A DNA stretch of 64,000 bases from Gemmatales bacterium (GTDB lineage: Bacteria > Planctomycetota > Planctomycetia > Gemmatales > HRBIN36): contig JBEPZY010000002.1 of assembly GCA_041640595.1 (NCBI GenBank), positions 372,651 to 436,650 on the forward strand. Reading direction: 5' to 3'. Shown here in pieces: positions 50,221 to 60,785 of the stretch (positions within the stretch are counted from its first letter, which is position 1; every line of letters begins with the position of its first letter). Below the pieces are notes generated by a model. That model was not told where the DNA came from. It ran no database searches and worked only from the letters and a program-made list of their open reading frames with translations. A program made the position numbers and the translations under genes.

Positions 50221-51429
50221 ATGGTCCGAATCAGCGGTACCCTGCTGGTCATGGTGGCGGTAATGGAAGCGGCGATGACGAGCGCTGGCTATGCCCAGAG
50301 TTATCCCGAACCGGTACCGCTGGCGCGAACCGCTGCCGCTCCCTATGCCCCACCGAGTATCTGGCCGGGGTTCGGTCCGACCAGTGCACCGGCTGGGCCT
50401 CCCGGTGCTCCTGGCGTTTATCCGCCAGCGCCGCCGAATATTCCCAACGGTCGGCCTGGCCTGCCGGAATACTGGGAAGAACCGCTTGGTTCTTACGGCA
50501 AATACGACTACTACCTGGGAGTTGGCTGGTTCGGACTGAAAAGGCAGCGAAATGACCGGCAGGACCTGTTCGTCCGCGATCCGGTCAGTAGCGATGACAA
50601 TCGGCCGCCACCGCCAGACGCACCAGTCATCGCCACTACCCGAATCCCGGACCCGAATTTCCAATCGGGAGTGCGCTGGACGTTTGGATTGGTGGAAGAC
50701 GCGGCTGCCTGGGAGTTTGCCGGCTTCGTATTGCCCGACCACACCACCAACGTTACGCTGACGAATCCGGGGCGAATTTCCGGCCTGTTCTTCAATCCGC
50801 CGACAGGCTTTGAAAACATCTTTGACAACGCCGACCGTGTGCGTTTCAGTTTTCGCCATCAACTGTACAACCTGGAGGGGAACTACCATTGGGCCAGTTC
50901 CCCCAGTGGCGCCGGTTTCGATTACCTGGTGGGCGTGCGCTACGTGGACTTGCAGGAACGTTACGCTCTGCTGGTCGAAGACAATTCCATTCAGGTCGGC
51001 CCCGACCCGGCAGAAACGGCGACGTACAGTACACGGACGCATAATCACCTGATCGGTGGCAGTCTAGGTCTGGGAGCGCGGATGCCGATCGTGGAATGGT
51101 TCGGCGTATCGTGGTTCCTGCGGGGGAGCTGGTTCGCTAACCGTGCTGATATTGACGTGGAACTGGTTCGGCAGGACGGCTTGCTCGGTACGCGGGGAAG
51201 CAGTTCGACCTGGCGTTTCAGCCACATGTACGAAATCAATGTCGCGGCCGAACTTTATCTGGGAACCTTCTGCCGGATCAAAGGCGGCTACAACCTGCTG
51301 TGGTTACTCGATGTTGCCGAAGCGGCGAATCAGGTTTCCCTGGATTTGTCCAATCCGCAGGGGAGACGGTCGTTCGGAGGCGACATCTTCTACCACGGGC
51401 CCAGTGTGGAGGTGGAGTTCAACTTTTAG
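50221..51429 (+). CDS. BBP7-family outer-membrane beta-barrel protein (planctomycete)
   Basis: Signal peptide, Pro-rich linker, 'GVRYVDL.E', 'T.NHLIG', 'GYN.LW', terminal 'HG..V.VEFNF'. Confidence 0.82.
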   Translation: MVRISGTLLVMVAVMEAAMTSAGYAQSYPEPVPLARTAAAPYAPPSIWPGFGPTSAPAGPPGAPGVYPPAPPNIPNGRPGLPEYWEEPLGSYGKYDYYLGVGWFGLKRQRNDRQDLFVRDPVSSDDNRPPPPDAPVIATTRIPDPNFQSGVRWTFGLVEDAAAWEFAGFVLPDHTTNVTLTNPGRISGLFFNPPTGFENIFDNADRVRFSFRHQLYNLEGNYHWASSPSGAGFDYLVGVRYVDLQERYALLVEDNSIQVGPDPAETATYSTRTHNHLIGGSLGLGARMPIVEWFGVSWFLRGSWFANRADIDVELVRQDGLLGTRGSSSTWRFSHMYEINVAAELYLGTFCRIKGGYNLLWLLDVAEAANQVSLDLSNPQGRRSFGGDIFYHGPSVEVEFNF

Positions 51430-51609
51430 CGTGAGCGGCCGCTCGAGCGGTCTTCCAATTCGCCGGCTGGAATCCTGGCACCGACGCACGGCCATCAGTC
51501 TATGTTTAACTGTGCCGGTTGACGGAAGCGGGCGGAAGTTTTAAACTAACCACGCCTGCCGGATCGTTGGTCTGAACCCTCCGCTTCATCAACACCAGGA
51601 GAAGGAAAG

Positions 51610-52980
51610 ATGTTGCGACTGGATGCCAGCCGCGGTGCACGGTTTTGCGATGGTCTGACCCGGCGTGATTTTCTGCATGCCGGAGCCTTGACTACCTTTG
51701 GGCTGAGTTTGCCGGTCTGGGAAGCGCTGGCCGCTCAGGGAGCCGCTAAGTCCAAAGACGTCAATTGCATCCTGTTGTTCCTGGTCGGTGGTCCAAGCCA
51801 TATTGACACGTGGGATCCTAAGCCGAACGCACCAGCCGAGATTCGCGGGCCGTTCAAACCCATCGCGACCAATGTTCCCGGCATGCAGATCAGCGAGATT
51901 TTCCCGAAAATGGCCCGGCATGCCGATAAGTATTCGCTGATCCGTTCGGTGTACCACACGGCGACCGCAGTGCACGACACCGGGCACCAGTTGATGCAAA
52001 CGGGGCGGTTATTCACAGGAGGCATCGAGCATCCGCACATGGGTTGCGTGCTGGGTTATCTGAAAGGCCAGCGTGGAGAACTGCCTGCCCACGTGCTGAT
52101 GCCGCGACCCATTGGTCGAACCGGTGGCAACATGCCGCACGGTCAAAATGCCGGATACCTCGGCAAAGCTTACGACCCCTTCGTCTTGAACGCCGACCCC
52201 AACGATCCCAAATTCCAGGTGCCCGATCTGTTGCCGCCGGATTATCTCGGCGTCGTCCGGGCCGAACGTCGGCAAAAACTGCGAGCGGCAGTGGAGAACA
52301 CCTTAGCTGCGTTCGAAAAAAGCCCCCAGGTGCAGCAGATGGAAGAAAGTTTCGAGCGGGCCTATCGGTTGCTCAGCAGTCCAAAAGCGCGAGAAGCCTT
52401 TGATTTGACTCAGGAGCCGGCCAGCTTACGAGACCGTTATGGGCGAACGCGGTTCGGCCAGTGCTGTCTGCTGGCACGGCGGCTGATCGAACGTGGCGTC
52501 CGCTTTGTTACGGTCAATATGTTCGAGACGGTTTTCGATGAGGTAACCTGGGATATTCACGGCTCGCGGCCTTTTACCGACATCGAAGAAATGGCACGAT
52601 TGGTGGCGCCGAATTTCGACCAGGCTTTCAGCACCCTGCTGGAAGACCTGCACGAGCGCGGGTTACTTTCCAACACGGTAGTAGCGGCGATGGGCGAGTT
52701 TGGCCGCACTCCCAAGATCAACCCCGCCGGTGGCCGCGATCATCATCCCGGCGTGTGGACGATCATTCTCGGCGGCGGCCCGATCAAAGGCGGGCGGGTC
52801 GTCGGTGAATCGGACGAACTCGGTTACGTGCCCAAGGCGCGGCCAGTCACGCCTATGGAAGTCACCGCCACCATCTACCACGCCCTGGGCCTGGATATCC
52901 ATCACGAACTGCCCGGCCCGCAGAAGCGTCCGATCCCGCTGGTGGATTACACCGTCGAGCCGATCCGCGAATTGTTTTAA
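51610..52980 (+). CDS. DUF1501 family protein
   Basis: 'CDGLTRRDFL', 'GGPSHIDTWDPKP', 'WDIH', 'MGEFGRTPKIN..GGRDH'. Confidence 0.94.
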   Translation: MLRLDASRGARFCDGLTRRDFLHAGALTTFGLSLPVWEALAAQGAAKSKDVNCILLFLVGGPSHIDTWDPKPNAPAEIRGPFKPIATNVPGMQISEIFPKMARHADKYSLIRSVYHTATAVHDTGHQLMQTGRLFTGGIEHPHMGCVLGYLKGQRGELPAHVLMPRPIGRTGGNMPHGQNAGYLGKAYDPFVLNADPNDPKFQVPDLLPPDYLGVVRAERRQKLRAAVENTLAAFEKSPQVQQMEESFERAYRLLSSPKAREAFDLTQEPASLRDRYGRTRFGQCCLLARRLIERGVRFVTVNMFETVFDEVTWDIHGSRPFTDIEEMARLVAPNFDQAFSTLLEDLHERGLLSNTVVAAMGEFGRTPKINPAGGRDHHPGVWTIILGGGPIKGGRVVGESDELGYVPKARPVTPMEVTATIYHALGLDIHHELPGPQKRPIPLVDYTVEPIRELF

Positions 52981-53057
52981 AAGCCAATCGGACGCCGCCG
53001 GGCTCGATCGTATGCTCGTGGTTATTTGCTCGAATCGCTGCCGACGGAGAACTGAGC

Positions 53058-55526
53058 ATGACAACTGAGCTTTCGCGCCGAGTCCTGGTAGCACTGACGC
53101 TGGTCAGTTTGGCCTGGCCTGTTCGGGCTGCGGAGTACCGCTTGCTGCCGGAGAAAATCGTTCTTCATGGCCCGCACGACCGCCAGCGAGTGGTGCTGGC
53201 GATCCTGGACGGGGGAAAAATTGTCGGGCAATATACCGCTGCCGCGAAGTTCCAAATTCAGCCCGCCGGGATCGCTACCATAGACGCGGATGGCGTGGTC
53301 TGGCCCAGACAGAACGGTCAAGCCACGCTCACGGTCCAGGTCCAGGACGGGGCGACTTTGCAGGTTCCGATCAGTGTCGGCAATATGGAATCGTCGGGGC
53401 CGAGTTTCCGCCACGAAGTCTTGCCCATGTTGACGCGAGCCGGTTGCAATTCCGGAGCCTGTCACGGTGCGCTGGCAGGCAAGGGCGGGTTAAAGCTGTC
53501 GCTGCGTGGTTACGATCCGGAAGCCGACTATTACGTGCTGACGCGGCAAGTGTTGGGCCGCCGGCTCGACCTGGCGCAGCCGCACCGCAGTCTGCTGTTG
53601 CTTAAGCCGACAATGACCGTCAACCATGGCGGCGGTCTGCGCATAGATCCGGATTCGCCGGAATACCGCCTTCTGGCTGACTGGATTGCCAGTGGCGCCC
53701 CCGGACCGAAGAGCGAGGAGGCAAAACTGGTCCGCATAGAAGTGCTGCCGCCGATGGTTACCCTCAAGCCTGGCGATAAATTCCAGCTGCTGGTGCGGGC
53801 AACTTACAGCGATGGTCGGCAGCGGGATGTCACGCACTGGGCCAAGTTTTCCAGTGCGGAGGAGGGTGTGGCCATCGTCAACGACGATGGGCTGGTCCAG
53901 GTACGGGGCTACGGCGAGGCCGGGATTGCCGTCTGGTTTTCCGATCTCGTGGCGGTGAGCGAAGTGCTGGTGCCGTTTGCCAATCGCCTGCCGCCGGACA
54001 CGTTTGCCAGGGCCGAACGCCGAAATTTTGTGGACGACCTTGTCCTGAAGAAACTGGAAGCCCTGCGGATTCCACCATCGCCGTTATGCAGCGATGCCGA
54101 GTTCCTGCGCCGTGTTTATCTCGACACGATCGGTCTATTACCGACGCCGGAAGAATTGCAGCAGTTCCTGGCCGATCCGTCGCCGGACAAACGTGCGCGC
54201 TGGATTGACCGTCTGCTGGACCGGCCGGAATTTGTGGACTACTGGGCGTACAAGTGGTCGGACCTGCTTTTGATTTCCAGCCGAAAGTTGCCCCAACCGG
54301 CGGTGTGGGCGTTTTATCAGTACGTGCGACAAAGCGTCGCCGACAATAAACCGTGGGATCAGTTTGCGCGGGAAATTCTGACGGCTCGCGGCAGCAATCT
54401 GAGTAACGGTGCGGCCAATTACTTCGTGATGCACCGGGACATTGCCGAACTCACCGAAAAAACGACGGTCACTTTTCTGGGCCTGTCGCTGACCTGCGCT
54501 CGCTGCCACAATCACCCCATCGAAAAGTGGACGCAGGACCAGTACTGGGCGCTGGCCAATTTGTTCAGCCGTGTTGCTCAAAAGAACGGCGACCGACCCG
54601 GCGAGGTAATCGTGTACGATTTGCCCAGCGGCGATGTGCCGCATTTGCGGCGTGGCATACCCATGCCCCCAGCGCCACCGGATGGCCCGGCCCTGGATTT
54701 GTCCGATCCGCGAAATCGGCGGGAATACTTTGCCGCCTGGTTGACTTCCCCGGACAATCCGTATTTCGCGCGGGCCCTGGTGAATCGTGTCTGGCGGCAC
54801 TTTCTCGGTCGCGGATTGGTCGAACCGGAGGATGACCTTCGCTTGACCAATCCCCCGACTAATCCGGAACTGCTCGACGCCCTGACCCGCGACTTTGTGC
54901 AGCACCGCTTCGATGTCAAGCACCTGATCCGCACGATTCTCAATTCGGCCACGTATCAACGCTCCTCGCAGACTGTAGCCGAGAACGAGGCCGACGACCG
55001 GTTTTATTCGCATTATCTGGTGCGGCGGTTACCCGCAGAAGTGGTGCTGGACATCTATTCGCAGGTAACGGAGGTGCCGACGGTCTTTTCCCAGATCAAG
55101 GTCGGAACCACGGGAGGCGTGGCCGGCACCGATCAGTTTCCTCCCGGCACACGCGCCTTACAGTTGCCGGATTCTCTGGTGGTCTCGGGATTTTTGGACA
55201 GTTTCGGTCGGCCTGACCGCAGCCAGCCGTGTTCCTGTGAGCGAATGTCGGACGCCTCGATGAGTCAGGCCTTACACCTGAACAATGGCCAGACGCTCAA
55301 CGAGAAGCTTCGCGCCAAGAACGGTCGCATCGAAAAGTGGGTTCAGGAAAAGGTGCCGCTCGACGAAGCCCTGCGACGACTTTACCGTCTCGCCTTGTGC
55401 CGGGAGCCGACACAGAAAGAACAGCAACAGATGCTGGCGGCTCTGAAAGAGGCCCAGCCGCGGGAAGCCCTGGAAGATCTGTTCTGGGCCGTGCTTACCA
55501 GTCCCGAGTTCTTATTCAATCATTGA
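53058..55526 (+). CDS. DUF1549/DUF1553 (PSCyt2/PSD1) protein with Ig-like domains
   Basis: 'GCNSGACHG', 'FLRRVYLD', 'CARCHNHP', 'NRVW..F.GRG', 'PTNPELLD.L', terminal 'EFLFNH'. Confidence 0.93.
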   Translation: MTTELSRRVLVALTLVSLAWPVRAAEYRLLPEKIVLHGPHDRQRVVLAILDGGKIVGQYTAAAKFQIQPAGIATIDADGVVWPRQNGQATLTVQVQDGATLQVPISVGNMESSGPSFRHEVLPMLTRAGCNSGACHGALAGKGGLKLSLRGYDPEADYYVLTRQVLGRRLDLAQPHRSLLLLKPTMTVNHGGGLRIDPDSPEYRLLADWIASGAPGPKSEEAKLVRIEVLPPMVTLKPGDKFQLLVRATYSDGRQRDVTHWAKFSSAEEGVAIVNDDGLVQVRGYGEAGIAVWFSDLVAVSEVLVPFANRLPPDTFARAERRNFVDDLVLKKLEALRIPPSPLCSDAEFLRRVYLDTIGLLPTPEELQQFLADPSPDKRARWIDRLLDRPEFVDYWAYKWSDLLLISSRKLPQPAVWAFYQYVRQSVADNKPWDQFAREILTARGSNLSNGAANYFVMHRDIAELTEKTTVTFLGLSLTCARCHNHPIEKWTQDQYWALANLFSRVAQKNGDRPGEVIVYDLPSGDVPHLRRGIPMPPAPPDGPALDLSDPRNRREYFAAWLTSPDNPYFARALVNRVWRHFLGRGLVEPEDDLRLTNPPTNPELLDALTRDFVQHRFDVKHLIRTILNSATYQRSSQTVAENEADDRFYSHYLVRRLPAEVVLDIYSQVTEVPTVFSQIKVGTTGGVAGTDQFPPGTRALQLPDSLVVSGFLDSFGRPDRSQPCSCERMSDASMSQALHLNNGQTLNEKLRAKNGRIEKWVQEKVPLDEALRRLYRLALCREPTQKEQQQMLAALKEAQPREALEDLFWAVLTSPEFLFNH

Positions 55527-55550
55527 CCGAATCCACCGGGGGTAACCGGT

Positions 55551-58500
55551 ATGCGTGAACCACATTGCCGACTCAAGCCGCGAACTTCGGCGACGATTGC
55601 CTGTGCAATAGCCGGGCGTTCTTGTTGCCCAGTGCGCTTGCCTAAAAGCGTTCGGGCAGGTTATTGGACCGGGATGGTTGTGGTCGGTTTCCTGCTTTGT
55701 GTGGCAGCGATGATCTGGGGTCAGGCGGGGAAACCGGTTGCCGCTACTCCTTCTTACAGCCGCGAAATTCGGCCCTTCCTGAGTAAATACTGCCTCGAAT
55801 GTCACAACTCCAGCAAGGCCAGCAGCGGCTTGAATGTGGAAAGCTACAAGAGCCTCCTGGAAGGCGGCAATGGCGGTCCGGCTATCGAACCGGGAAAACC
55901 CGACGAAAGTCTGTTGCTCCTGCTGGTGGAGAAGAAACAGCAACCGCACATGCCGCCACGCAATGCCCGATTGCAACCCAAACCCGAAGAAATTGCCAAG
56001 CTCCGCGCCTGGATTGCTGCGGGTGCTAAAGACGATAGCGGTTCCGCACCGATTGCCCTGCCGGAAATTCGACCGAAGCAACCGCGAGCGGCTCCGGTAA
56101 CGGCGGTGGCCTACGATGCAAAAGGACGCTGGCTCGCTGCTGGTGTCGGCAGTGACGTTCGCCTCTGGGCTGTGCCGGAGCTAAAGCCTTTAGCTCGCCT
56201 GGCGACGCCTCAACTCAAAATCACCGCACTGGCATTCCATCCCCGCGGTAGTTACCTGGCCGTCGCTGCGTGCACACCCGGACAAACGGGCGAAATCCGT
56301 CTTTATTTCATTCCGCCCAGCGGCGTACCGGCATTGAAACCGGATCTGGTCATTTCCGCCCATCCGGATCAGGTGCTCGGTCTGGCGTTCAGTCCGGACG
56401 GCCAAATCTTGGCCAGCTGCGGTTACGACCGCCTGGTGAAGTTGTGGAAAGTGCCCACCGGCGAAGCACTGGCAACCCTGAAAGATCACAGCGACGCGGT
56501 GTATGATGTAGCGTTTGCCAGTCATGGTGGTCTGCTGGCATCCGTGGCGGCGGATCGCACAGTCAAAATCTGGGATGTACGCACTGGACATCGGCTCTAT
56601 TCTCTGGGCGAAGCCACCGATTGGCTGTACACGGTAGCCTGGCATCCAGACGGTCGGCGTGTGGCCGCGGGCGGAGTTGACCGCAGCATTCGCGTTTGGG
56701 AGGCTCGTGCCGATGGTGCCCGACTGCTTCATTCAGTCTTCGCTCATCAGGGAGCGGTACTCCGCCTGGCTTACAGTCCCGACGGCAAATTGCTTGTTTC
56801 GCTGGGCGAGGATCGAGTCGTCAAGGTGTGGGACGCCGCCAGGATGACCGAGTTGCGTGTTTTACCGGCTCAACCGGAAACGACCCTGAGCCTGGCGGTT
56901 CGTCCGGATGCCCGACAGCTCGCTCTGGGCCGATTTGACGGTGCCTTGATTTTGCTGGATGCCGAAAGTGGCAAACTGCAGACGCAACTGCTGCCGGAAA
57001 AACCGCCTGTGCCAAAAATTTCGCGTTTGCAGCCGAACGCGGTGCCGCGCGGGCAGACAACCACCCTTACGGTGGAAGGAGAACATCTCGATACCGTTAC
57101 ATCGGCCAGCATCAATATCGCCGGCAGCAAGGTGGAGTTACAACCCGCTTCCAATCCGCGGCAGCGAGCGATTCAGCTTCACATTCCGCAGAGCGTGACA
57201 GCGGGCGTTTATTCACTGACACTGCAAGCTCCCGGTGGCAACGTAACAGCTACCGTGCTGGTGGATTATTTCCCGACGGTTTCCGAGACCGAGCCGAACA
57301 ATTCTGCACGAACCGCTCCGGTCATTCCCGTGAATCGCACCGTAACCGGTGTGCTCGATCGTGCCGGGGAGGTGGACTTCTATCGGTTCGAGGTGAAGGC
57401 CGGGGAAGAGATCGGCGTGCAGGTGGTCGCTGAACCGGGCGCTGCGCTCGAACCGGTGTTACTGCTCACCGACGCCAGCGGCCGGATTTTGCAGGAGAGT
57501 TTCGATGGCGTCCTGGCATTCCGGTCTTCTAAAACGGCGACCTACGCTATTGCCATCCACGACCGCCAGTACCGGGGCAACGCGGGAATGCGGTATCGGT
57601 TGCACGTCGGGCAGGTGCCGGTCATAAGCGCGGTGTATCCGCTGGGCGGCCAGCGTGGCACCGAGGTGACGGTGCAGCTTTTCGGTGTGCATCTCGGCGA
57701 GCAGCGCAGCCTTCGCATCCCCATGAAAGCCGACCTGGCCGTAGGCAGTCGGGTGCCGGTAACGCTGAACACGGCGCATGGCCCAGCCCTCGGAAATCGC
57801 AATCTGGTGGTTGGCGACTTGCCGGAGGTAACCGCACCGCTGACGAAGTTGCAGTCGGAACGGGCTGGGGAAACCGAATTGGGAGCGGTTCCGGTGCCGG
57901 GGGTTGCCAACGGTTGCCTGTTCCGCCAGGAGGATGCCCACCTGTGGAGATTCGCGGCCCGACGTGGTCAGACGCTGATTATCGAGGTGGAAGCACGCCG
58001 GCTCGGCTCGCCTCTCGATCCGGTTATCGAGATTCTGGATGAAAAGCGCCAGCCGGTGCCGCGAGCTGTTCTGCGATCCGTGGCCCGCACTTTCACCACC
58101 TTCCGCGACCATGATAACGTAACGCCCGGCATCCGTATCGAGGATTGGCGGGAACTGGCGATCAACGATTACCTTTACGTCAACGGCGAACTCATCCGCA
58201 TTCAAGCTCTGCCGCGCAATCCCGATGACGATTGCCGATTCTTCAACGTCAACGGTCAGCGGCTCGGTTACCTGGACACAACGCCGACGTTTCATCCGCC
58301 CGGCACGCCGATGTATAAAGTGGAAATCCACCCGCCCGGTTCGACCTTTCCGCCGAACGGCTACCCGACCTTCACGCTCTATTATCGCAACGATGACGGC
58401 GGGCCTGGCTATGGCAAGGACTCCCGCATCTTTTTCGATCCGCCAGCCGATGGCACTTATTACGTTCGCGTGGCTGATGCCCTGGGACTGACGGCAGCAC

Positions 58501-59315
58501 TGGCCGGGCACGCCAACCGTTCCGGTTTCGCTGAAGCTGATCGCCGTGCCGAACGTGGAGGACTGACCCCTTCCGCTTCTGAGCAACTCGCCGATCGCTC
58601 CGAAACTGTGGTGCTGCCGTATCGGCTGATTATTCGTCCGCCGCGACCTGATTTCCGTATCCGTTTCAATCCGACGCAGCCCCAGATCGAACGCGGTGGT
58701 GCTACGCCGATTACGATCACGGTGGACCGACTCGATGGTTTTGCCGGCCGGGTGGATGTCGAATTTGCGGGTCTGCCCAAGGGTTTGTCGGCACCGGCGA
58801 CGCATCTGGGTCCCGACGAATTTACGACCGCTGTCGCCCTGTATGCGGAAGCCAACGCCCAGCTTCCCGACAAACCACCACCGCTGAAACTGGTGGCACG
58901 GGCTCGTATCGGCGAACAGGAAATCGTGCGTGAAGCCATCGGAGGTGTCCCGACGCTTATCGAACCGGGCGACATTCGCACTACCACTGTCCCGCAAAGT
59001 ATCACCGTGCAACCCGGAGGCGAAACCCGACTCACCGTGCGCATCGAACGCCGCAACAATTTCCAGGGCCGGGTGCCGATTGATGTGGCCGGTTTGCCTC
59101 ACGGTGTGCGAGTGCTGGACATCGGTCTGAACGGCATTCTGATCACGCCCAACCAGACCGAACGCACCATCAGCATCTACTGCGAACCCTGGGTGCAACC
59201 GATGGAACATCCCTTCGTCGTCTTCGCTCGCCGCGAGGGTAAAAACACCATCCACGCGGCACCGTCCGTGCTTTTGCGAATCGTTCCCGCATCTGCAAAT
59301 CGCAGCGAGCCGTGA
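55551..59315 (+). CDS. Planctomycete cytochrome c domain + WD40 repeats + pre-peptidase (PPC)-like domains
   Basis: CLECH heme motif and 'PG.PDES.L..MPP..WI..GA'; several WD repeats; 'ETEPNN', 'RLGSPLDP', 'NDDG'; true start may be the downstream Met. Confidence 0.9.
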   Translation: MREPHCRLKPRTSATIACAIAGRSCCPVRLPKSVRAGYWTGMVVVGFLLCVAAMIWGQAGKPVAATPSYSREIRPFLSKYCLECHNSSKASSGLNVESYKSLLEGGNGGPAIEPGKPDESLLLLLVEKKQQPHMPPRNARLQPKPEEIAKLRAWIAAGAKDDSGSAPIALPEIRPKQPRAAPVTAVAYDAKGRWLAAGVGSDVRLWAVPELKPLARLATPQLKITALAFHPRGSYLAVAACTPGQTGEIRLYFIPPSGVPALKPDLVISAHPDQVLGLAFSPDGQILASCGYDRLVKLWKVPTGEALATLKDHSDAVYDVAFASHGGLLASVAADRTVKIWDVRTGHRLYSLGEATDWLYTVAWHPDGRRVAAGGVDRSIRVWEARADGARLLHSVFAHQGAVLRLAYSPDGKLLVSLGEDRVVKVWDAARMTELRVLPAQPETTLSLAVRPDARQLALGRFDGALILLDAESGKLQTQLLPEKPPVPKISRLQPNAVPRGQTTTLTVEGEHLDTVTSASINIAGSKVELQPASNPRQRAIQLHIPQSVTAGVYSLTLQAPGGNVTATVLVDYFPTVSETEPNNSARTAPVIPVNRTVTGVLDRAGEVDFYRFEVKAGEEIGVQVVAEPGAALEPVLLLTDASGRILQESFDGVLAFRSSKTATYAIAIHDRQYRGNAGMRYRLHVGQVPVISAVYPLGGQRGTEVTVQLFGVHLGEQRSLRIPMKADLAVGSRVPVTLNTAHGPALGNRNLVVGDLPEVTAPLTKLQSERAGETELGAVPVPGVANGCLFRQEDAHLWRFAARRGQTLIIEVEARRLGSPLDPVIEILDEKRQPVPRAVLRSVARTFTTFRDHDNVTPGIRIEDWRELAINDYLYVNGELIRIQALPRNPDDDCRFFNVNGQRLGYLDTTPTFHPPGTPMYKVEIHPPGSTFPPNGYPTFTLYYRNDDGGPGYGKDSRIFFDPPADGTYYVRVADALGLTAALAGHANRSGFAEADRRAERGGLTPSASEQLADRSETVVLPYRLIIRPPRPDFRIRFNPTQPQIERGGATPITITVDRLDGFAGRVDVEFAGLPKGLSAPATHLGPDEFTTAVALYAEANAQLPDKPPPLKLVARARIGEQEIVREAIGGVPTLIEPGDIRTTTVPQSITVQPGGETRLTVRIERRNNFQGRVPIDVAGLPHGVRVLDIGLNGILITPNQTERTISIYCEPWVQPMEHPFVVFARREGKNTIHAAPSVLLRIVPASANRSEP

Positions 59316-59319
59316 AACA

Positions 59320-59976
59320 TCAACTTATCGTCGGCCCGAACGCTTCGACGGCAGCCAGGATTTCCTCCACTTCCGCCATACCGCCCATTCCTTCATCACC
59401 GCAAGCCAGACGTTTGCTGATCGGCCCGACGATCCGCAGATACGGACAATAGCGGTTGATGATTTCCACAATTTGTTCCGGCTGGTTCACTTCTGATGGA
59501 GCAGGGATATCAGGCGGTTGAGACGAAGTGTGGTCGGCCAGGAGCAGTTGTAGATGACGAAGTGTTGCTGGATGTTCCCACATGAGGGTATTCATGGCCG
59601 GTGCAAGCAAAATTGGTCGGCGTCGGTCCCAGGCTCGGTACAGACACGTGAGCAGGTTGTCACACAGGCCCACGGCGAATTTGGCCAGGGTATGGGCATC
59701 CAGCGGCGCGACCAGCAACAGCTCCGCCCAGCGTCGCAATTCGATGTGCAGCACAGGATCGCCAGGTTGGTACAATTCGCCGGTCTTGGTCTTCGGCCAT
59801 TCGTCGCTATCGCGAAACACCAGAGCACCGGGCAACGCATCCGGATTGAAAAAATAGGTCGCGTGCTCGGTGAGCACGACCCGCACCTCATGGCCGCGCT
59901 GCGTAAGCTCCCGATACAAAAGCGGAATGCGGATGGCGGCAACCGAGCCGGTTACACCCAGCACGATTTTTGGCAT
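59320..59976 (-). CDS. coaC: Phosphopantothenoylcysteine decarboxylase (stand-alone HFCD flavoprotein)
   Basis: 'LGVTGSVAA', 'VLHIELRRWA', 'APL.A.TLAK..G.CDNLLT', 'PAMNT.MWEHP', 'LACGD.G.G.M'. Confidence 0.88.
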   Translation of the reverse strand: MPKIVLGVTGSVAAIRIPLLYRELTQRGHEVRVVLTEHATYFFNPDALPGALVFRDSDEWPKTKTGELYQPGDPVLHIELRRWAELLLVAPLDAHTLAKFAVGLCDNLLTCLYRAWDRRRPILLAPAMNTLMWEHPATLRHLQLLLADHTSSQPPDIPAPSEVNQPEQIVEIINRYCPYLRIVGPISKRLACGDEGMGGMAEVEEILAAVEAFGPTIS

Positions 59977-59992
59977 GGGTAGCTCCGCGAAG

Positions 59993-60781
59993 TCAGCGAG
60001 AAGCCCGGGCGTGCAGACTTTCCACGGCGTCGAGTAAAACGTCAGCAAGCTGGGAACGCGGCAGTCGGCGATAGGTGCCGCCTAAGGGGCCCAGCCAGGC
60101 TGTGGTTGAGAGACTTTCCAGGAGATTGGCCACCACCAGGTCTGCGGCAGATCGTTGCCGTGATTGTTCCGCTCGTGCAAGCAATGTCTCCTCGGAAACA
60201 CCGCATTCCAGTTTGAATTTGACAAGCACACCAGGAAATCCCCAATCCCGACGCATGCGATCGATAAGTTTCGGCGTGGGCACCAAGCGCAGCCAGACTT
60301 CCGCATGCGAACTGGGAAGCTTGCCCAGCACCTCGTCCGTTGGCCACCAGGAACCATCCTCACCAGTGGCAGGAGGTGGCGCCGTGGATATAGTGGTGTT
60401 TTGCACACTTGATTCTCGCCCGCTGTCGGTTCGCGGCGGAGCGGCACCGTGGGCTGAAGTGCGGACATAAATCCCGGCGACGCGGTAATCGCTGACCGCA
60501 GCCGAGTGTATGATGGCATCGAATTGCCCGCTCGGAACCAGCTCGCCCAGAAGTTGCTCGAGTTCCTCATAGGTGTGAAACACATGCACCCGCCAGGCAA
60601 CACGCGAAGCGAGTTGTTCGCCCACTAAATGCGGAGCGGAGGTCAGTAACGTCACCTGATGGCCACGGCGATTAGCAGCCAGGGCGATCCGTGTACCTGT
60701 ACGGCCGCTGAAAATGCTGGTAATGACGCGGACTCTGTCAATCGGCACCTGGGTAACGCCGGCCGTGACCAGAAGGTGCAT
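59993..60781 (-). CDS. coaB: Phosphopantothenate-cysteine ligase (stand-alone CoaB domain)
   Basis: 'LVTAG.T..PID.VR.IT..SG..G', 'AAVSDY', 'L..TPKLI', 'VKFKLE', 'VVAN'. Confidence 0.85.
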   Translation of the reverse strand: MHLLVTAGVTQVPIDRVRVITSIFSGRTGTRIALAANRRGHQVTLLTSAPHLVGEQLASRVAWRVHVFHTYEELEQLLGELVPSGQFDAIIHSAAVSDYRVAGIYVRTSAHGAAPPRTDSGRESSVQNTTISTAPPPATGEDGSWWPTDEVLGKLPSSHAEVWLRLVPTPKLIDRMRRDWGFPGVLVKFKLECGVSEETLLARAEQSRQRSAADLVVANLLESLSTTAWLGPLGGTYRRLPRSQLADVLLDAVESLHARASR

Positions 60782-60785
60782 GGGT

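Noticed and set aside
57459..59255. Long antisense ORFs (598 aa here; also 3003-4025, 37633-38721, 39445-40560)
   Set aside because: They are shadows of well-supported genes on the opposite strand, typical of high-GC DNA
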